A stretch of 64,000 nucleotides of DNA. It comes from Octopus vulgaris. Lineage: Eukaryota. A program made the position numbers and the translations under genes. The notes beneath the pieces were generated by a model, which worked only from the letters and a program-made list of their open reading frames with translations, did no database searches and was not told where the DNA came from. Of the stretch, positions 1 through 12,929 are shown piece by piece (within the stretch, counting starts at the first letter, position 1; each line of letters opens with the position of its first letter). The stretch lies in the NCBI GenBank assembly GCA_951406725.2, contig OX597824.1:58404001-58468000 (forward strand). The letters are read 5' to 3'.

Positions 1-90
1 ACACATATATATATATATATATGTATATCTGTATGTGTGTGTATGTTTATATGGATATGCGTATATGTATGAGCGTATGTATGTGTTTAT

Positions 91-153
<63 letters not shown>

Positions 154-510
154 TTGTGTGTATATGTGACTATATCTGCCTTGCATGTTTATTGATATTT
201 ATATAATTTAATTTATTCCTCATGATATAAACTTATATGGTATGTGTTTCACAATATTACCTATACCCCTATAGAGAGAACGCTTTAATTTTTCATACTT
301 ATTATTTCTAAATATCCGTATGCTAAACCAGTTTTAGTTCATACACAACTAAACCCAACACTACATAACCATGCTTTTATATTTTATATTTCATCTTTCA
401 CATTCTTTTTATTAATATCCGAATGAGTTATCTGACACGGACTCAATGCAGTATCCTGTATCAACATATTTCTTCTTCTGTTACGACTTTTCTGATATTT
501 TCTTCTTTTT

Positions 511-626
511 TTTTGTCCTGACGAGAATGGTAATATGTAATTAAATTAATTATAATCAATCTAATCTCTTCCATGTTTCTTACTTGTTGGTGTTACCATT
601 TGAAACGATCGTATGCAAGGAATAAA
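511..626 (+). ncRNA. Type-I hammerhead ribozyme-like motif with canonical core, in a probable Penelope pseudo-LTR remnant
   Basis: CTGACGA at 518-524; stem II GAATGGTAATA (525-535) / TGTTACCATTT (591-601); GAAAC-GATC-GTA at 602-613 with palindromic stem III ACGATCGT and GUA triplet; stem I degenerate; AATAAA at 621-626. Confidence 0.65.
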
Positions 627-860
627 ATGTTATCAAAGTTTTAACATCTTCATTTCTCCATCTGTGATTTTTTGTTGAGTTGATATAGGACTGTTTTCTA
701 TAAATGCTCATAATATAACTTATACTTGTATAATTTTCATATTTTTAATAAAATAATTGCAATAACAAGCTACAAATTTAATATGAAAAATCTTTATTAG
801 AAATCTAACTTTGGACCCCGCGAAGTAAACTGTTCTAATTGAACTCAACCTTTCTCTTAA

Positions 861-953
<93 letters not shown>

Positions 954-954
<1 letters not shown>

Positions 955-1348
955 TAGCAGTATCGCCCGGCGTTGCTCGGGTTTGTAAGGGAAATAATTA
1001 TATAAGCATTTTTAGAGATGTAAAGTATAATAGCCATCTCAATATGGCTAACCACAAAGAGGGAGGGATGTTACTGTAGCTTTTTACGTTCTGAGATTTA
1101 ATAATACATTTTAGAGAGTTACTTCCCTTATATATGTCAAAAATGGATTAAAAATGGGAAAAATTGATGGTAAATTTTTTTTTAAATCGTAGACTCATCG
1201 TAGACGCGCGCTAATACCCAGACGGTCTCGATATGAATCACGACTATAAGATACCCGGTTTTGGTTAAACTGCACCGCAAAATGTGGGAGTAGTTAGGAA
1301 TCTAAATCGTAGGAGACAGACACACAACCTCACTTTTATATATAAAGA
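954..1348 (-). mobile_element. Non-autonomous Helitron
   Basis: Minus strand starts TC-TTTATATATAAAA and ends CCCGAGCAACGCCGGG hairpin ... CTAG; inserted between A and T with no TSD. Confidence 0.75.
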
Positions 1349-1448
1349 TTTCCTCTATTTACATAATATTGAGGTCTCTTTCTTTCTTTTGTTATCTTAC
1401 TGTTTTTACCAATATACATATATATATATATATATAAATATATATATA

Positions 1449-1770
1449 GTTACAGAGATGTACTTGCATAGCAAGTGACTTGATCTGAGATCGTGTGCTG
1501 GAACGAAAACAGTTGCAGCGTTGAAGGTGTTTATAAGCCATTTAAGAAACACACAAAAACCGTTAGATTCACTTCAACATTTAAATTAAATTTGTCAAAA
1601 TATTTTCGTCGCTTTGAGACCGCGACCTGTTAGCACGATATTTTTGTCAGTGAACAGGTCGCGGTCTCAAAGCGACGAAAATATTTTGGCAAATTAAATT
1701 TAAATGTTGAAGTGAATGTAACGGTTTTTGTGTGTTTCTTAAATGGCTTACAAACACCTTCCACGCTGCA
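1449..1770. mobile_element. Fold-back (long inverted repeat) element between (TA)n tracts, carrying a hammerhead-like motif
   Basis: Arms ~1513-1631 and ~1653-1770 are near-perfect reverse complements; (TA)n on both sides. Confidence 0.75.
1643..1693 (+). ncRNA. Type-I hammerhead-like motif, G3:C8 core variant
   Basis: Stem I TTTGTCA/TGGCAAA; core GTGAACA plus extra G; stem II GTCGC/GCGAC; GAAA; palindromic stem III AATATT; UUU triplet. Confidence 0.6.
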
Positions 1771-1849
1771 ATATATATATACACACATATATATATATGT
1801 ATGTATGTATGTATGTGTGTATATGTGTATGCATATATGTGTGTGTGTG

Positions 1850-2070
1850 TGCGTGTCTGTGCTTGTGATTGTCCTCCACCACTGCTTGACAACGAATGTT
1901 GGTTTGTTTACATCCCTGTCACCTAGTGGTTTGACAAAGGAATCAGATAGAATAAGTACAATGCTTACAAAAATAAAACTGGAGTTGATTCATTAAACTA
2001 CAATTCTTCAAGGCATTGCCCCAGCATGGCCACAGAGCAATGGCTGGAAAAAGCAGAAGAATAAAAGAAT
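1850..2070 (+). mobile_element. 3' half of a CORE-type tRNA SINE
   Basis: Matches the 3' part of the copy at 20352-20782 (gcttgacaac...ccagcatggccacag...aaaagaat). Confidence 0.7.
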
Positions 2071-2071
2071 T

Positions 2072-2259
2072 GAGGGGGACCTCTACATGGTAGCTAGACC
2101 TGGTAGAAATAGCAGCAAAATTTCCCCCAAATCACACCTTACTGTCTTATCTATGTATATATGTATGTATGAGCCTATGAGGGAGACCCCTACATGGCAG
2201 CTAGACATGGTAGAAATAGCAGCCAAATCTCCCTCAAATCACACCTTACTGTCTTATCT
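2072..2259. repeat. Direct tandem duplication of an ~80 bp repeat fragment
   Basis: gagggggacctctacatgg...cttactgtcttatct occurs at ~2072-2152 and ~2179-2259. Confidence 0.75.
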
Positions 2260-2559
2260 TTCTGCTACTTGGATATAGGTGTTATATTCGTCTAAAAAAA
2301 CTTTCCTGTCACACACTCACGCACACGCACACACACACACACACACACACACGCACCGTCACACACACACACACGCGCACACACACACACACACACTCAC
2401 ACACACGCACGTTAGCTTACAATTTTATTTATATATTTGCGTGTGTATGTGTGGAAAGAAGAAGTGGGAGGCAGAGTGAAAGAATCACTCACTACAGTAA
2501 GTGAATTACTTTCGTTTTATTCGTTGCCCACTGTGTGTGTGCGTTTGCGTGTGGTGTAA

Positions 2560-2776
2560 ACCAGACTAAGAAAAGCATTTGACACACACACCAGAATGTG
2601 AGTTTTCTGTAAATTTTGCTTAATTGGAGTTTAAATTTTAAAAACTGGACCTGGCATGACGCGATGCATTGTACTCTTAAAACTGCTAGGTAAATTGTAA
2701 TTGAAGAAATCCTATATTGTAGATTTGTATAACTCCCAAAGGGAGGCAGATAAAATCTGCCTTTTATAATAAGAGA
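2560..2776 (-). mobile_element. Helitron-like 5' end fragment
   Basis: Minus strand starts TCTCTTATTATAAAAGGCAG, like the other Helitron 5' ends here; no 3' CTAG found; left boundary uncertain. Confidence 0.4.
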
Positions 2777-2809
2777 TATCCATATCTATCTATATATACA
2801 TACATGCAT

Positions 2810-2845
<36 letters not shown>

Positions 2846-3009
2846 TTAACAGAAACAACAGAGTGAGACAAGTTGTGACAGTTTCGTGTATTGGCATTTA
2901 TGAATGCACGAAATTCTCAGCCCTTGAATTACTCTGTTGCTTCTGCTAAATATTAATACAAAATATTTATATACTCATATTTTCAGTTGTATTTTCCCTG
3001 TTTGCATCA

Positions 3010-3160
3010 CCGGGGTAAGAAGCTTGCTTCCCAACCACATGGTTCGGGGTTCAGTCCCATTGCGTAGCAACTTGAGTAAGTGTTTTCTACTGCAGTCTCA
3101 GGTCGACCAAAGACTTGTGAGTGGATTTGGTAGATGGAAACTGAAAGAAGCCCGTTGTAT
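3010..3160 (+). mobile_element. 5' part of a CORE-type SINE
   Basis: ggtaagaagcttgcttcccaaccacatggttcggggttcagtcccatt... matches the 20352 family. Confidence 0.7.
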
Positions 3161-3175
3161 ATATATATATATGTA

Positions 3176-3836
3176 CCGTGTTTTCCCGAAAATAAGACCT
3201 AGTGTTAAAAGCATCAGCTTGTTAGCAAGGCCATGTTTGCAAAATAAACCAGCTACTGCAGCTTGGTTAATGTCTGCTCTAAGCACATATGCACGGATTT
3301 GACTTCCTTGGCGTGACTCACTCGTCCCCGAGGCAAGATGAGTGCAAAAAGAAAAGAGTTATTCCGTGGAGTACAAGAAAGGAATTGTGGAAGAGTCACA
3401 TAACAAGAATCTTACGGCTTTCTGTAAGGAGGTATTGGATCTCCAAATGGTTCCAAAATGGCGAGCAGAGTGCGATACTCTCAGCAAACAGGTGGATGAG
3501 GGAAGTGCTAAGAAGCGCAATGTGGATCATGTCGACAACCGTTATTTTCGGAGCTGGAATATACCACCTCAGGATGGATTACTGACAGAAGAACAAAGGC
3601 TTTGGTTATACGCAGAGTTTATTCAAGAATTTGCTCATGCAAAGGCACTACAGTTGGATATACCCCCAGAGATATTCAAAGCATCACTTAATTGGTTCGA
3701 TAACTTCCTTCGGTGATATGGGCTTTCTCTAAGAAGATCAACAACACTGTTCAAGCTGGCGGATGCTGAAGTGATTCAACGTGCACTTGCATTGAAGTCC
3801 TTCGTTGATGGCATCAACTTTTCTAAATACAATCAC

Positions 3837-3840
<4 letters not shown>
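3176..3840 (+). mobile_element. pogo/Tc2-like DNA transposon, 5' fragment (transposase pseudogene)
   Basis: TA|CCGTGTTTTCCCGAAAATAAGAC terminus; frame KSYSVEYKKGIVEE...KWR (N-terminal HTH) and FKASLNWFDNFLR*YGLSLRRST (CENP-B-like HTH); truncated at (TA)n. Confidence 0.7.
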
Positions 3841-3889
<49 letters not shown>

Positions 3890-4432
3890 TGCATACATAA
3901 GTGGTTGAATGGTACAGAATGATATTTAGAGCTACAGGCTTTGTCGGATACACGCCAAATTCAGCTGGGCATCTCTGTTGTAATAATAAAAATAACAATA
4001 ATATGCATTGCCAAGCAATACCATATATTTGCTTGTCAGTTGCTTCATCTTCACCAGTTGAGCATGTCCCTTAGCGACTGACGATATGTGCATCTCTGAT
4101 CACGGGCAGAAGTCATGGACGATCATCAAAGCCCTGTGTGGAGAGAAATTCTTTGGGGTTTGAATAATTCACTTCTGCAAACATCGGTGTTTCGTTCAAC
4201 ATCCTTAAACAACCGTTATTCAGGGACCTTATGAGGGGAATGAACTACTCAACCCGAAGAAAATTCTAAGTGGGCCTCACCTACAAGATCATGCGCTGTT
4301 TATCTTGATATGAAATCATTATGTCATGCAAATATTGTTGTGATGCATTTTCTTGGTGTACCCTTTTCAGACGGGTAGTCATGATAGGTATATTGCCAGT
4401 GTCACTTTGATGGCATGCGCTGCTCTCTCACA

Positions 4433-5080
4433 CAATAATACAACAGTTTCAAATTTTGACACAAGGCCAACAATTTTGGGCAGGGTGCAAGTCGATTACA
4501 TCGACCCCCGAAAGAATGAAAGGCAATGTCGACCTCGGCGGAATTCGAGCTCAGAACGTAGCGGTAGACGAAACACTGCTAAGCATTTCACCCGGAGTGC
4601 TAAAGATTCTGCTTGTTCACCGCCTTGATAATGATAATAATAATCCTGTCTAATAAAGGCACAAGGCCTGAAATTTTGGGGGAGGGGACAAGTCGATTAT
4701 ATGACCCCAGTGCGTAAATGGTACTTAATTTATCGACCCCGAAAGGATGAAAGGCAAAGTCGACCTCAGTGGAATTTGAACTCAGAACGTAACGGCAGAC
4801 GAAATACCACTAAGCATTTCGCTCGGCGTGCTAACGATTCTGCCATCTCGACGCCTTAATGATAATAATAATCATTTCAATTATGGGCACTAGGCCTGAA
4901 GTTTGGGGGAAGGGTTCAAGTCACAGTACTGAACTGGTACTTAATTTATCGAACCCAAAAGGATGAAAGGCAAAGTTGACCTCGGCGGAATTTGAACTCA
5001 GAACGTAGCGACGGGCAAAATGCTGCTAAGCATTTTTCTAGTGTGCTAATAGTTCTGCCAGCTCACTGCCTTAATAATAA
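4433..5080 (-). mobile_element. Three head-to-tail tRNA-derived SINEs joined by (TAA)n
   Basis: Three ~210 bp copies of ggcgagctggcagaatcgttagc...gagttcaaattcc...gcctttcatcctttcggggtcgat...aggccttgtg on the minus strand, with a B-box-like GAGTTCAAATTCC. Confidence 0.85.
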
Positions 5081-7194
5081 TTATAGAAAAAAAAAAAATA
5101 ATAATAATGATAATGATGATAGTAGGTGACGATGATGGAAGTCATAATCGTTATGACAACAAGAATACGTGGAAGATATATTTTTCAAATATCGTTTGTT
5201 CAAAACAGAAAGCGCGCACACACACGCACACACACATCTACAATTACAGCCTACAATTGCCATACCACAGCTAATTAAAGAAATTTAAAGTTGTATATGT
5301 GTATATTTTTGCATGAAAATGTGTGTGTGCCTGTGTGAAGCGTTTGGGTGAATACCAAAAGCCAGACAATATATGTCTGGCTATTGATTAATATGTCCGC
5401 GTATTATGACACTTCCTTCTATGACTGAAGCATATGATACACATTTTTTTCCTATTTCTCGCTCCCTTTTTCTCCACATACTCACGTAGAAAGACATAAA
5501 TGCTTATAGTGCGCATGTGTCTGGAGTTAAGATATTTGTGCATGTATACAAGTATATAATTTTAGGTATCTTGAACACCTCTTCTTCTTGCGGGTAATAA
5601 ATAGATTTTGGTTTCTAATTCTGCAAAGAAAGACTTAAAATTATTTTTGTTGCCACAATAAACGCGAAAATTCTTGTTTTCGTTTATTGATCCGGTGTTA
5701 GCTTAGATTGAAGAAACACAGCTAGGTCGAAACATTGCAATGTCTCAAGTTCCATGCAGTTCAATGAATCAAGCGTGTTGTGAATATAGACTGCCTGAAT
5801 GTTGTGTTCGGCAGACAGAATACAACAACGATTAGCATATTCGCTTTCGAATCTGACGGAACGTAAGAAAAAATTGATGTGCGCGTCATTCTTCCAATCC
5901 TCGCTATTCTCTGTGCACATAACGATTTATGATTTATGCTGTCTTCTCTTGTTTATGCATACGATATGTTATAAATGGAAGTGAGATTGCGGTATTGTAA
6001 AGTAGTTCTTGATTATACACACTTGAGATATAATGAAATTCCACCCTCCAAATACTTTGCTGACACCCAGTATGGGGACAATGATAGAATCTTGATGGTT
6101 ACCAGTGAATTCTTCAATACATTACTCTGAGATAGCTTTCTCTTTATTGTCATGCGGAAGTGGTATAAGTATTCCCCATTCTGCGTCAAACTGTCTTCTA
6201 TGGTGTCTTCTATGGTGTATGGCGACCCTCTCAATAATTGGTATTTGATTTGTATGAATATCAGTAAATCATCTATTATTGTGGCTGAGTCCAACTTCGT
6301 TCCATTGCAAATCTAAGTTGATCTCGAGAGGACAGTAATAAAACCAACGACACCAAACACGAGTTGCTGTACCTTATCTACGTAATCATGGTCGAGAACA
6401 TGGAATTTTCCAAGTCATTAACTTCAATCAGCGATATTGACCGTCCTTGCTCTCTCTCCCCTTCTATTTCACTCTGTATCTCACCCGCCCCCACCTTTCA
6501 CCCATTCTCTAAAAGAAGTATTAATGACACGAATGGCTAGTGTCTTAAATAGCAAAACACAACTTCATTCTACCGTATACTCAAATCGGCCTACAAACTG
6601 CCAATCACCTCGGTGAATCGAAACCGAGGTTATTGACAGATATCAAATGTTAATTTAAATAATCTGAAATTTTCCTGTTTCACAACAATTATCTCTTCCC
6701 TTGTAACACCTGTAAGATTTCTATTTTGAAGGAATATCAACTGCGCGTTGGTGTCGGAAGTATAACGAATTTAGAATAGCATATCATTAGCCCTGGTTAT
6801 AATAAGAAGTTTTTGCCACAACTATCAGTATGCATGGTTTTGCAGCTCCAACGGCAAATGAGACATCACTCTCTCTTCTCATATTTAGTTCCATCAACAA
6901 AATCACTCCCAATATGTCTATCACGTCTCCCAGTCAAGATCAGACCACTGTAGGGATCAGAAGCAACACATTAGTAGAATGGCTGCGTTGTTTGATGGAG
7001 CAATTGACAACAATATCCGGAGTATTGAATCCAAGAAGATTACAAATTATAATCTATTTTAAATAAGGACTTCGAAACCAGCTAATTTTCATAAGTGATA
7101 ACAATAAATGCAATACAATATACAGCTTCCTCTATACCTTTGTACACTTACATATGTGTATATGTGTGTATATATGTGTACGTATGCATGTATG

Positions 7195-7242
<48 letters not shown>

Positions 7243-10200
7243 GTATATTTGCCACCTAAATGTGGCTAACCACTAAGGGTGGATGTTACGGTAGCTTGTA
7301 GCCCCAGAACATCTCTCGCTGGCTATTGACACACTTTCTGTGCCCGATCAGTATTTGCAAAGCGAAACCATCCTCTCTATCGTCGATCTAACGTGATACG
7401 CACGGACCCGGGTTTCTGGATATTTACCCGTCGTCATCGCACGACAATCACCGGTCTTCGATGCGAAAAGGTCCCAATGCAAATACATGTATCCTTTTTC
7501 CACTGACGAAAAGTCACTGATCTCGAAATATATATATATATATACTAAATATGACGTGGGTGTTAGAAACACCTACAATGCTAGAAATAAGAGCTAAAAT
7601 GCTCTAATGCTGTAGTCAAAACACATAATTGTATACATATAAACTGTAGGGACTCTTTTCGGACGACTATAGTCCTTACCAGTATATATGTATATAATTC
7701 TGTGCTTTGATTATTAAAAAAATAATAATTCCCAGGGTCGATTGTTTGATTAAAAACCCTTCAAGGCGGCACTCCACCATGGCCGCAGACAGATGACTGA
7801 AACAAGTTAAAGAGTAAAGGAATATGTACAAAAACTCACAAAGATAGAGAAAGAAGGGAGAGACAGAACAAGATGTGTTCTTGTGTGTAAACTGTATAGT
7901 CACGGTGCAAATATTAAGAAGTTGAAACCCTTCCAACACACCATCAGTTTAGTTGTATAAACATATAAAGGACTTGACGTACATAACTCCCCCATACATC
8001 CCACACATTTATTTCGCAATACACCGCATTTCTGCATATATTTATATACAGACTCATAAGCATTGATATATATATATATATATATATACATACACATATG
8101 TTGTGTGTTTGTGTGTGTGTGTGTATTCGGTTTGTATATGTCTAACTACATATGTTTCTGTGTGTATATATATAGTCATATACGCTCACGTATATATGAA
8201 TATATGAATATATATATATATGTATATGCCTATGCATATGTGTATGCATGTATATAAATATATGCATATATATGTAGATATTTATAGATGTGTAAATGTG
8301 TAGATGTATACACACAAATGTATTTATACACGCACACACACACACATGCACACATATGTATACATACATATATAATTATAATGATGTTGCCTTGTTTACA
8401 TAAAATTATAACAATATGTGCATACGTATACATACTTACTAACATACATGCATGCATGCGCACACACATGCATATATGCACATTTTAATGTATATATGAA
8501 TATATGTATATGAATACAGACACACGTATATATGAATATACACGTGCTGCACGCTGACGTATTACATATACATATGTGTATTTGTGATTGTGTGTGTATA
8601 AATTTATATATAAATGTTTGAGTGACTGTCTACATGTATGTGTATGCAACAGCCTAATGTGTGAATGTGTTGTATTTTAATTCTTCGTTGGAACCAAAGG
8701 GAATATGGGAGAGTTGGAATTGGTAAATTGATACAAAGTTTGGCTGGCCGGAAGCTTCATTCCTATCACAGCTGCCTTTCTATAGGGGCGTAGTCCCTTA
8801 CTACAGACAGGGTGTGTTCGTTGAAGAAACATCCCCAGGGGGAAAAATACCAATTCTTATATTAGCCGAATGCTATTGAAAAAAACTAGTCTCTTTCTTC
8901 AAGTGGTTGTGTAAATCATCATCACCATCGTCATCAACAGCACCACCACCACCACCACCGCCGTCGCCGCCACCGCCGGCACCATTATCATTATCATCAA
9001 CATCAACACATCCTCCACCGTCAACATCAGCAAGAAAACCACCACCATCATCACCACCACCCACCTCCATCATTATCATCATGATCATTATGAACATGAA
9101 CAAGCGATTTATTCAGGATTTGCTTGTGTGTTTGACTGTCTCACTCTCACATTTATATGTGTGTGTTAGTGGTCTTTAATTTAGTACTCCTCTTCTAGTA
9201 CTCTTCTTGTACTGTGATATGTTAATGCAGTATTTTTTGTTGTTGATACTGATATTGTTATTGCTAATGTTGCTGTAGTTGTTGTTATTGCTGCAACAAG
9301 CACTTTCATGTCATTTACATATATACATATCTTTGCTTTCCCTGTATGCTAAAGACCTTATATCTATATACCTTGCGTACTAATAGAAACGTTGTTGTAA
9401 TAAAGTTGGTACTATTGCTAGAATCATCGTCATTTTAAGTCACACGAAATTATAGAATTGACCAGAAACCATTTACCATTTATCTAACTGGAATCTTCAG
9501 ATATGTCACGCTGGGCAGTTTCCCGGAGCCTGACGTATCTAGCAGCCCAAAATTAATCTATGCATGCTCTGGTGGTCATGCATAAACCACGGTGTTTACT
9601 AAACAGTTCCACGAAATGACATAACGTTAGCACTTATTGAGTAAAATCGAAAGTTAGAGTCATATGCTGGTGTAAAGCCGATTAAACTTACTTCAATAGA
9701 TTTACTCCAATTGTATCTATTTTATTGATCGAATAGCAAGAGGGGGTTAAATTCCAGTAGAGTTTAAACATCTACAACTCTATGCGAGGGTATTCGCGAA
9801 TATTCCGAGAGGGGTTAGTCCATTTCCGATTTCGGTAAATACTAGCATTGATATTTAAGTTTAAAGGAACGATAAAATCAATAGCAAAGACTTGGAATCG
9901 ATGCATTCAATAATAACAGCGCCCCTCTGTGCCACATAGCCTTATACTTGAACCAGCACAGCCTTTGTACGTAAATCAACATTATTTCTAGATTTTAACA
10001 TTTTCAACTCCGAATTAATCTTATTTATATCCTCAGACCCAAAACAAGACCATCTATGTAGCTGTTTGATCCTCCTCCCCACCCCCCAAAAAAATCACAT
10101 GCTCTCTTAAAAATAGCAAAGCAAGAGTATCTTCGGTAATGTAATCTTAGATTTAAAAAAAGACGGGATAGTCACGGTAGGAACTCTTTTGATCATAGGT

Positions 10201-10459
10201 GTGGTCGATCACCGCTGACCTGTATCTAAACAGCAACCACATAAAAAGCCTGAACGCTATGATTGTTGGTGTACAAGGGAATAAGGAAATGTGTGATGGC
10301 GGAAATATATAAAAGAGAGATTAATGATGTTGACTTATGACCTGCTCCGTAATGAAATCTTTCATGAATGTCAACTTGCCAATAACACAGCAGATGTTTC
10401 ATCATGGAACACCATTATTTGAGCCCTGAAACAAACAAGTGTTTAAATATATATTTACG

Positions 10460-10558
<99 letters not shown>

Positions 10559-10894
10559 TGTGTGTGTGTGTATTGTGGTTTTAGATTCTATCTTTCGGAA
10601 CTGAACCGCGCCGCCGCCAACATGCTCATGTTCTTTACGCTGCCTCAAATTACAACACACACGTTCTTTTTGTGTGTGTCTCTCTCTGTTCTTCCTCTTT
10701 CTCTTTTTCTATTATTCCTTCTATCGTCTCCCTCTCTGCGTTTTTCTTTTGCTTTATATGTTATTAAACACACACACAAACAAGCACACACGCAAACACA
10801 CGCTCACACAAATTCATACATTCAAGCACAGACACGCACACGCTCCCTCTTACACACTTCCTCTTACACACACTCAAAGAAGGGTAGAGATATA

Positions 10895-10908
10895 TGGATG
10901 GATGGATG

Positions 10909-10982
<74 letters not shown>
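10895..10982. repeat. (TGGA)n(TAGA)n tetranucleotide microsatellite
   Basis: Direct inspection. Confidence 0.95.
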
Positions 10983-11795
10983 AAGATTATTATGGGTGGA
11001 GTATGTAAGTTGGTATTTATCCATATTCCATTGTGGTGTCTGTTGTTTTTATATATTCGTATATACGGTGGAATGTGTGTGCGTACTTGTGTTTGTGTGT
11101 GTGTATGTGTGTGTGAGTATGTATGTGTAAACAAAAGAGACTACATTTTAGAAGGAAAGATAGATAGAGAGGGTGAGAACTGTGTTTTCCTTTACACGTG
11201 CAGCCTTATTTCAAAACAGTTAATTGTCAATCACTGTAGGAGACGAAAGAAGTTCATACTTTTTTATCCTCTGGTGGTTTACCATTGAAACTGTTGTTGA
11301 CTCAAAGATTAGTGGAACATTCCGCCATCTTGTAATTTGTTTTTGTTTTGCCCTGTTTACCCCATGTTGATTTATATATTTATTTTTCTTTTATTTATAA
11401 TAATATAATTGCTGATTTTTACACAAGTGTGGTGGCATACTTGAAACTGTAATGTGTCATGTAACATTTAATTCGGATTTTTTTTTTTTTGCATTATGAG
11501 ATTAAACCATTTAGACTTTGACTTTCATTACGATCTTATATTAGTTTGCCTTTCATTAGCGTCTTAGATCACAGAATCTTCCATATAACATTCAAACCTT
11601 ATATTCCAGCTCACCTTTAATCTATTATTCTTTCTACTCTTACTGTTTTACTAAATATACATACTTATTTTGCGTTGCGTTGGAAGCAATTCTCATTAAT
11701 CTGACTGAGGTGTGAAGTGATGAATATCCGAAACGTTATTGTATTTTCTCCACTCTTCGGGGAAAATTAACTCACTGGTAGTCATATTTCATCCA

Positions 11796-11844
<49 letters not shown>

Positions 11845-11896
11845 ATAAATATATATATATATGCAGACATACATACATATGTACATACATACATAC

Positions 11897-11985
<89 letters not shown>

Positions 11986-12080
11986 CCAGGAAAAAATATA
12001 AAAAGGCAGAATGCTAAATTGAAGGTAAATTTTAATGAAAATGGGTGTATGGAAAATAAAGAAATTTTTTTTTAAATATT

Positions 12081-12122
12081 GGCTCTAACTGGTTTTCGTC
12101 GCAATGCGACTTTTCAAGAATT
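12081..12122 (-). ncRNA. Type-I hammerhead-like motif, U3:A8 core variant
   Basis: Minus strand: ttc-TTGAAAA-GTCGC att GCGAC-GAAA-ACCAG-TTA-gag; near-palindromic stem III AACCAGTT; stem I only ~3 bp. Confidence 0.5.
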
Positions 12123-12394
12123 GTAAGGTGAAAAGAACATTTTTTTATAATTGAGGAGGGGGAAAAAAGAAAATTACATTGTTTTTTGCAAAAAAATAAT
12201 AAACAAAGGCGGTGCTCCAGCATGGCCGCAATCAAATGACTGAAACAAGTAAAAGAGTATATACAAAAATTAAAAAATAGGTACACCGATACATTGTAAA
12301 GTCTTTGTGTATCTCGAGTTCAATGATAGTTCTTGGAAAAATTACCTTGGAGGATTAAGATCCATGTGATTAAATCCATATAGTGTTTATATAC

Positions 12395-12760
12395 TTTCTT
12401 TTACTTGTTTCAGCCATTTGACTGCGGCCATACTGGAGTACCGCCTTTAGTCAAACAAATCGACCTCAGGAACTATTCTTTGTAAGTCTAGTACTTATTC
12501 TATCGGTGTCTTTGCCGAAACGCTAAGTTACAGGGACGTAAACACACCAACATCGATTCTTAAACGATGGTAGGGGGACAAACACAAACACAGATATATA
12601 TATATCTATATATATATATATACGATGGCCTTTCAGCTTCAGTCTACCAAATCCACTCACAAAGCTCTGTGCGGCCCGATGCTATAGTAGAAAACAGTTG
12701 CACAAGGTATCACGCAGTAGGACTGAACCCAGAATCATGTGATTGGGAAGCAAGCTTCTT
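12395..12760 (-). mobile_element. CORE-type tRNA SINE
   Basis: Reverse complement of the 20352 family, with internal (TA)n. Confidence 0.8.
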
Positions 12761-12765
12761 AATGT

Positions 12766-12796
<31 letters not shown>

Positions 12797-12890
12797 CAAA
12801 AACATATGTACAATCATATGTGAATATGTAAGTATATATGCATATATATATATACATATATACATGCATATATGTATGTTGATATATGTT

Positions 12891-12929
<39 letters not shown>

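Noticed and set aside
2880-2925. Hairpin tttcgtgtatt/aatgcacgaaa with CTGAGAA nearby on the minus strand
   Set aside because: Core spacing and stem I do not fit a hammerhead.
4030-4432. Possible ncRNA (contains CTGACGA at ~4077)
   Set aside because: No GAAA or stems found; probably an unclassified interspersed repeat.
4433-5080. CRISPR-like array
   Set aside because: The units are ~210 bp SINE copies in a eukaryotic context, with no unique spacers or cas genes.
6000-7080. Possible very old LINE remnant or host exons
   Set aside because: Only faint RLE-like residues and no consistent frame or splice signals; cannot be supported.
8873-9179. Pro/Gly-rich ORFs
   Set aside because: Degenerate (CAC/CAT)n repeat with no domain or splice support.
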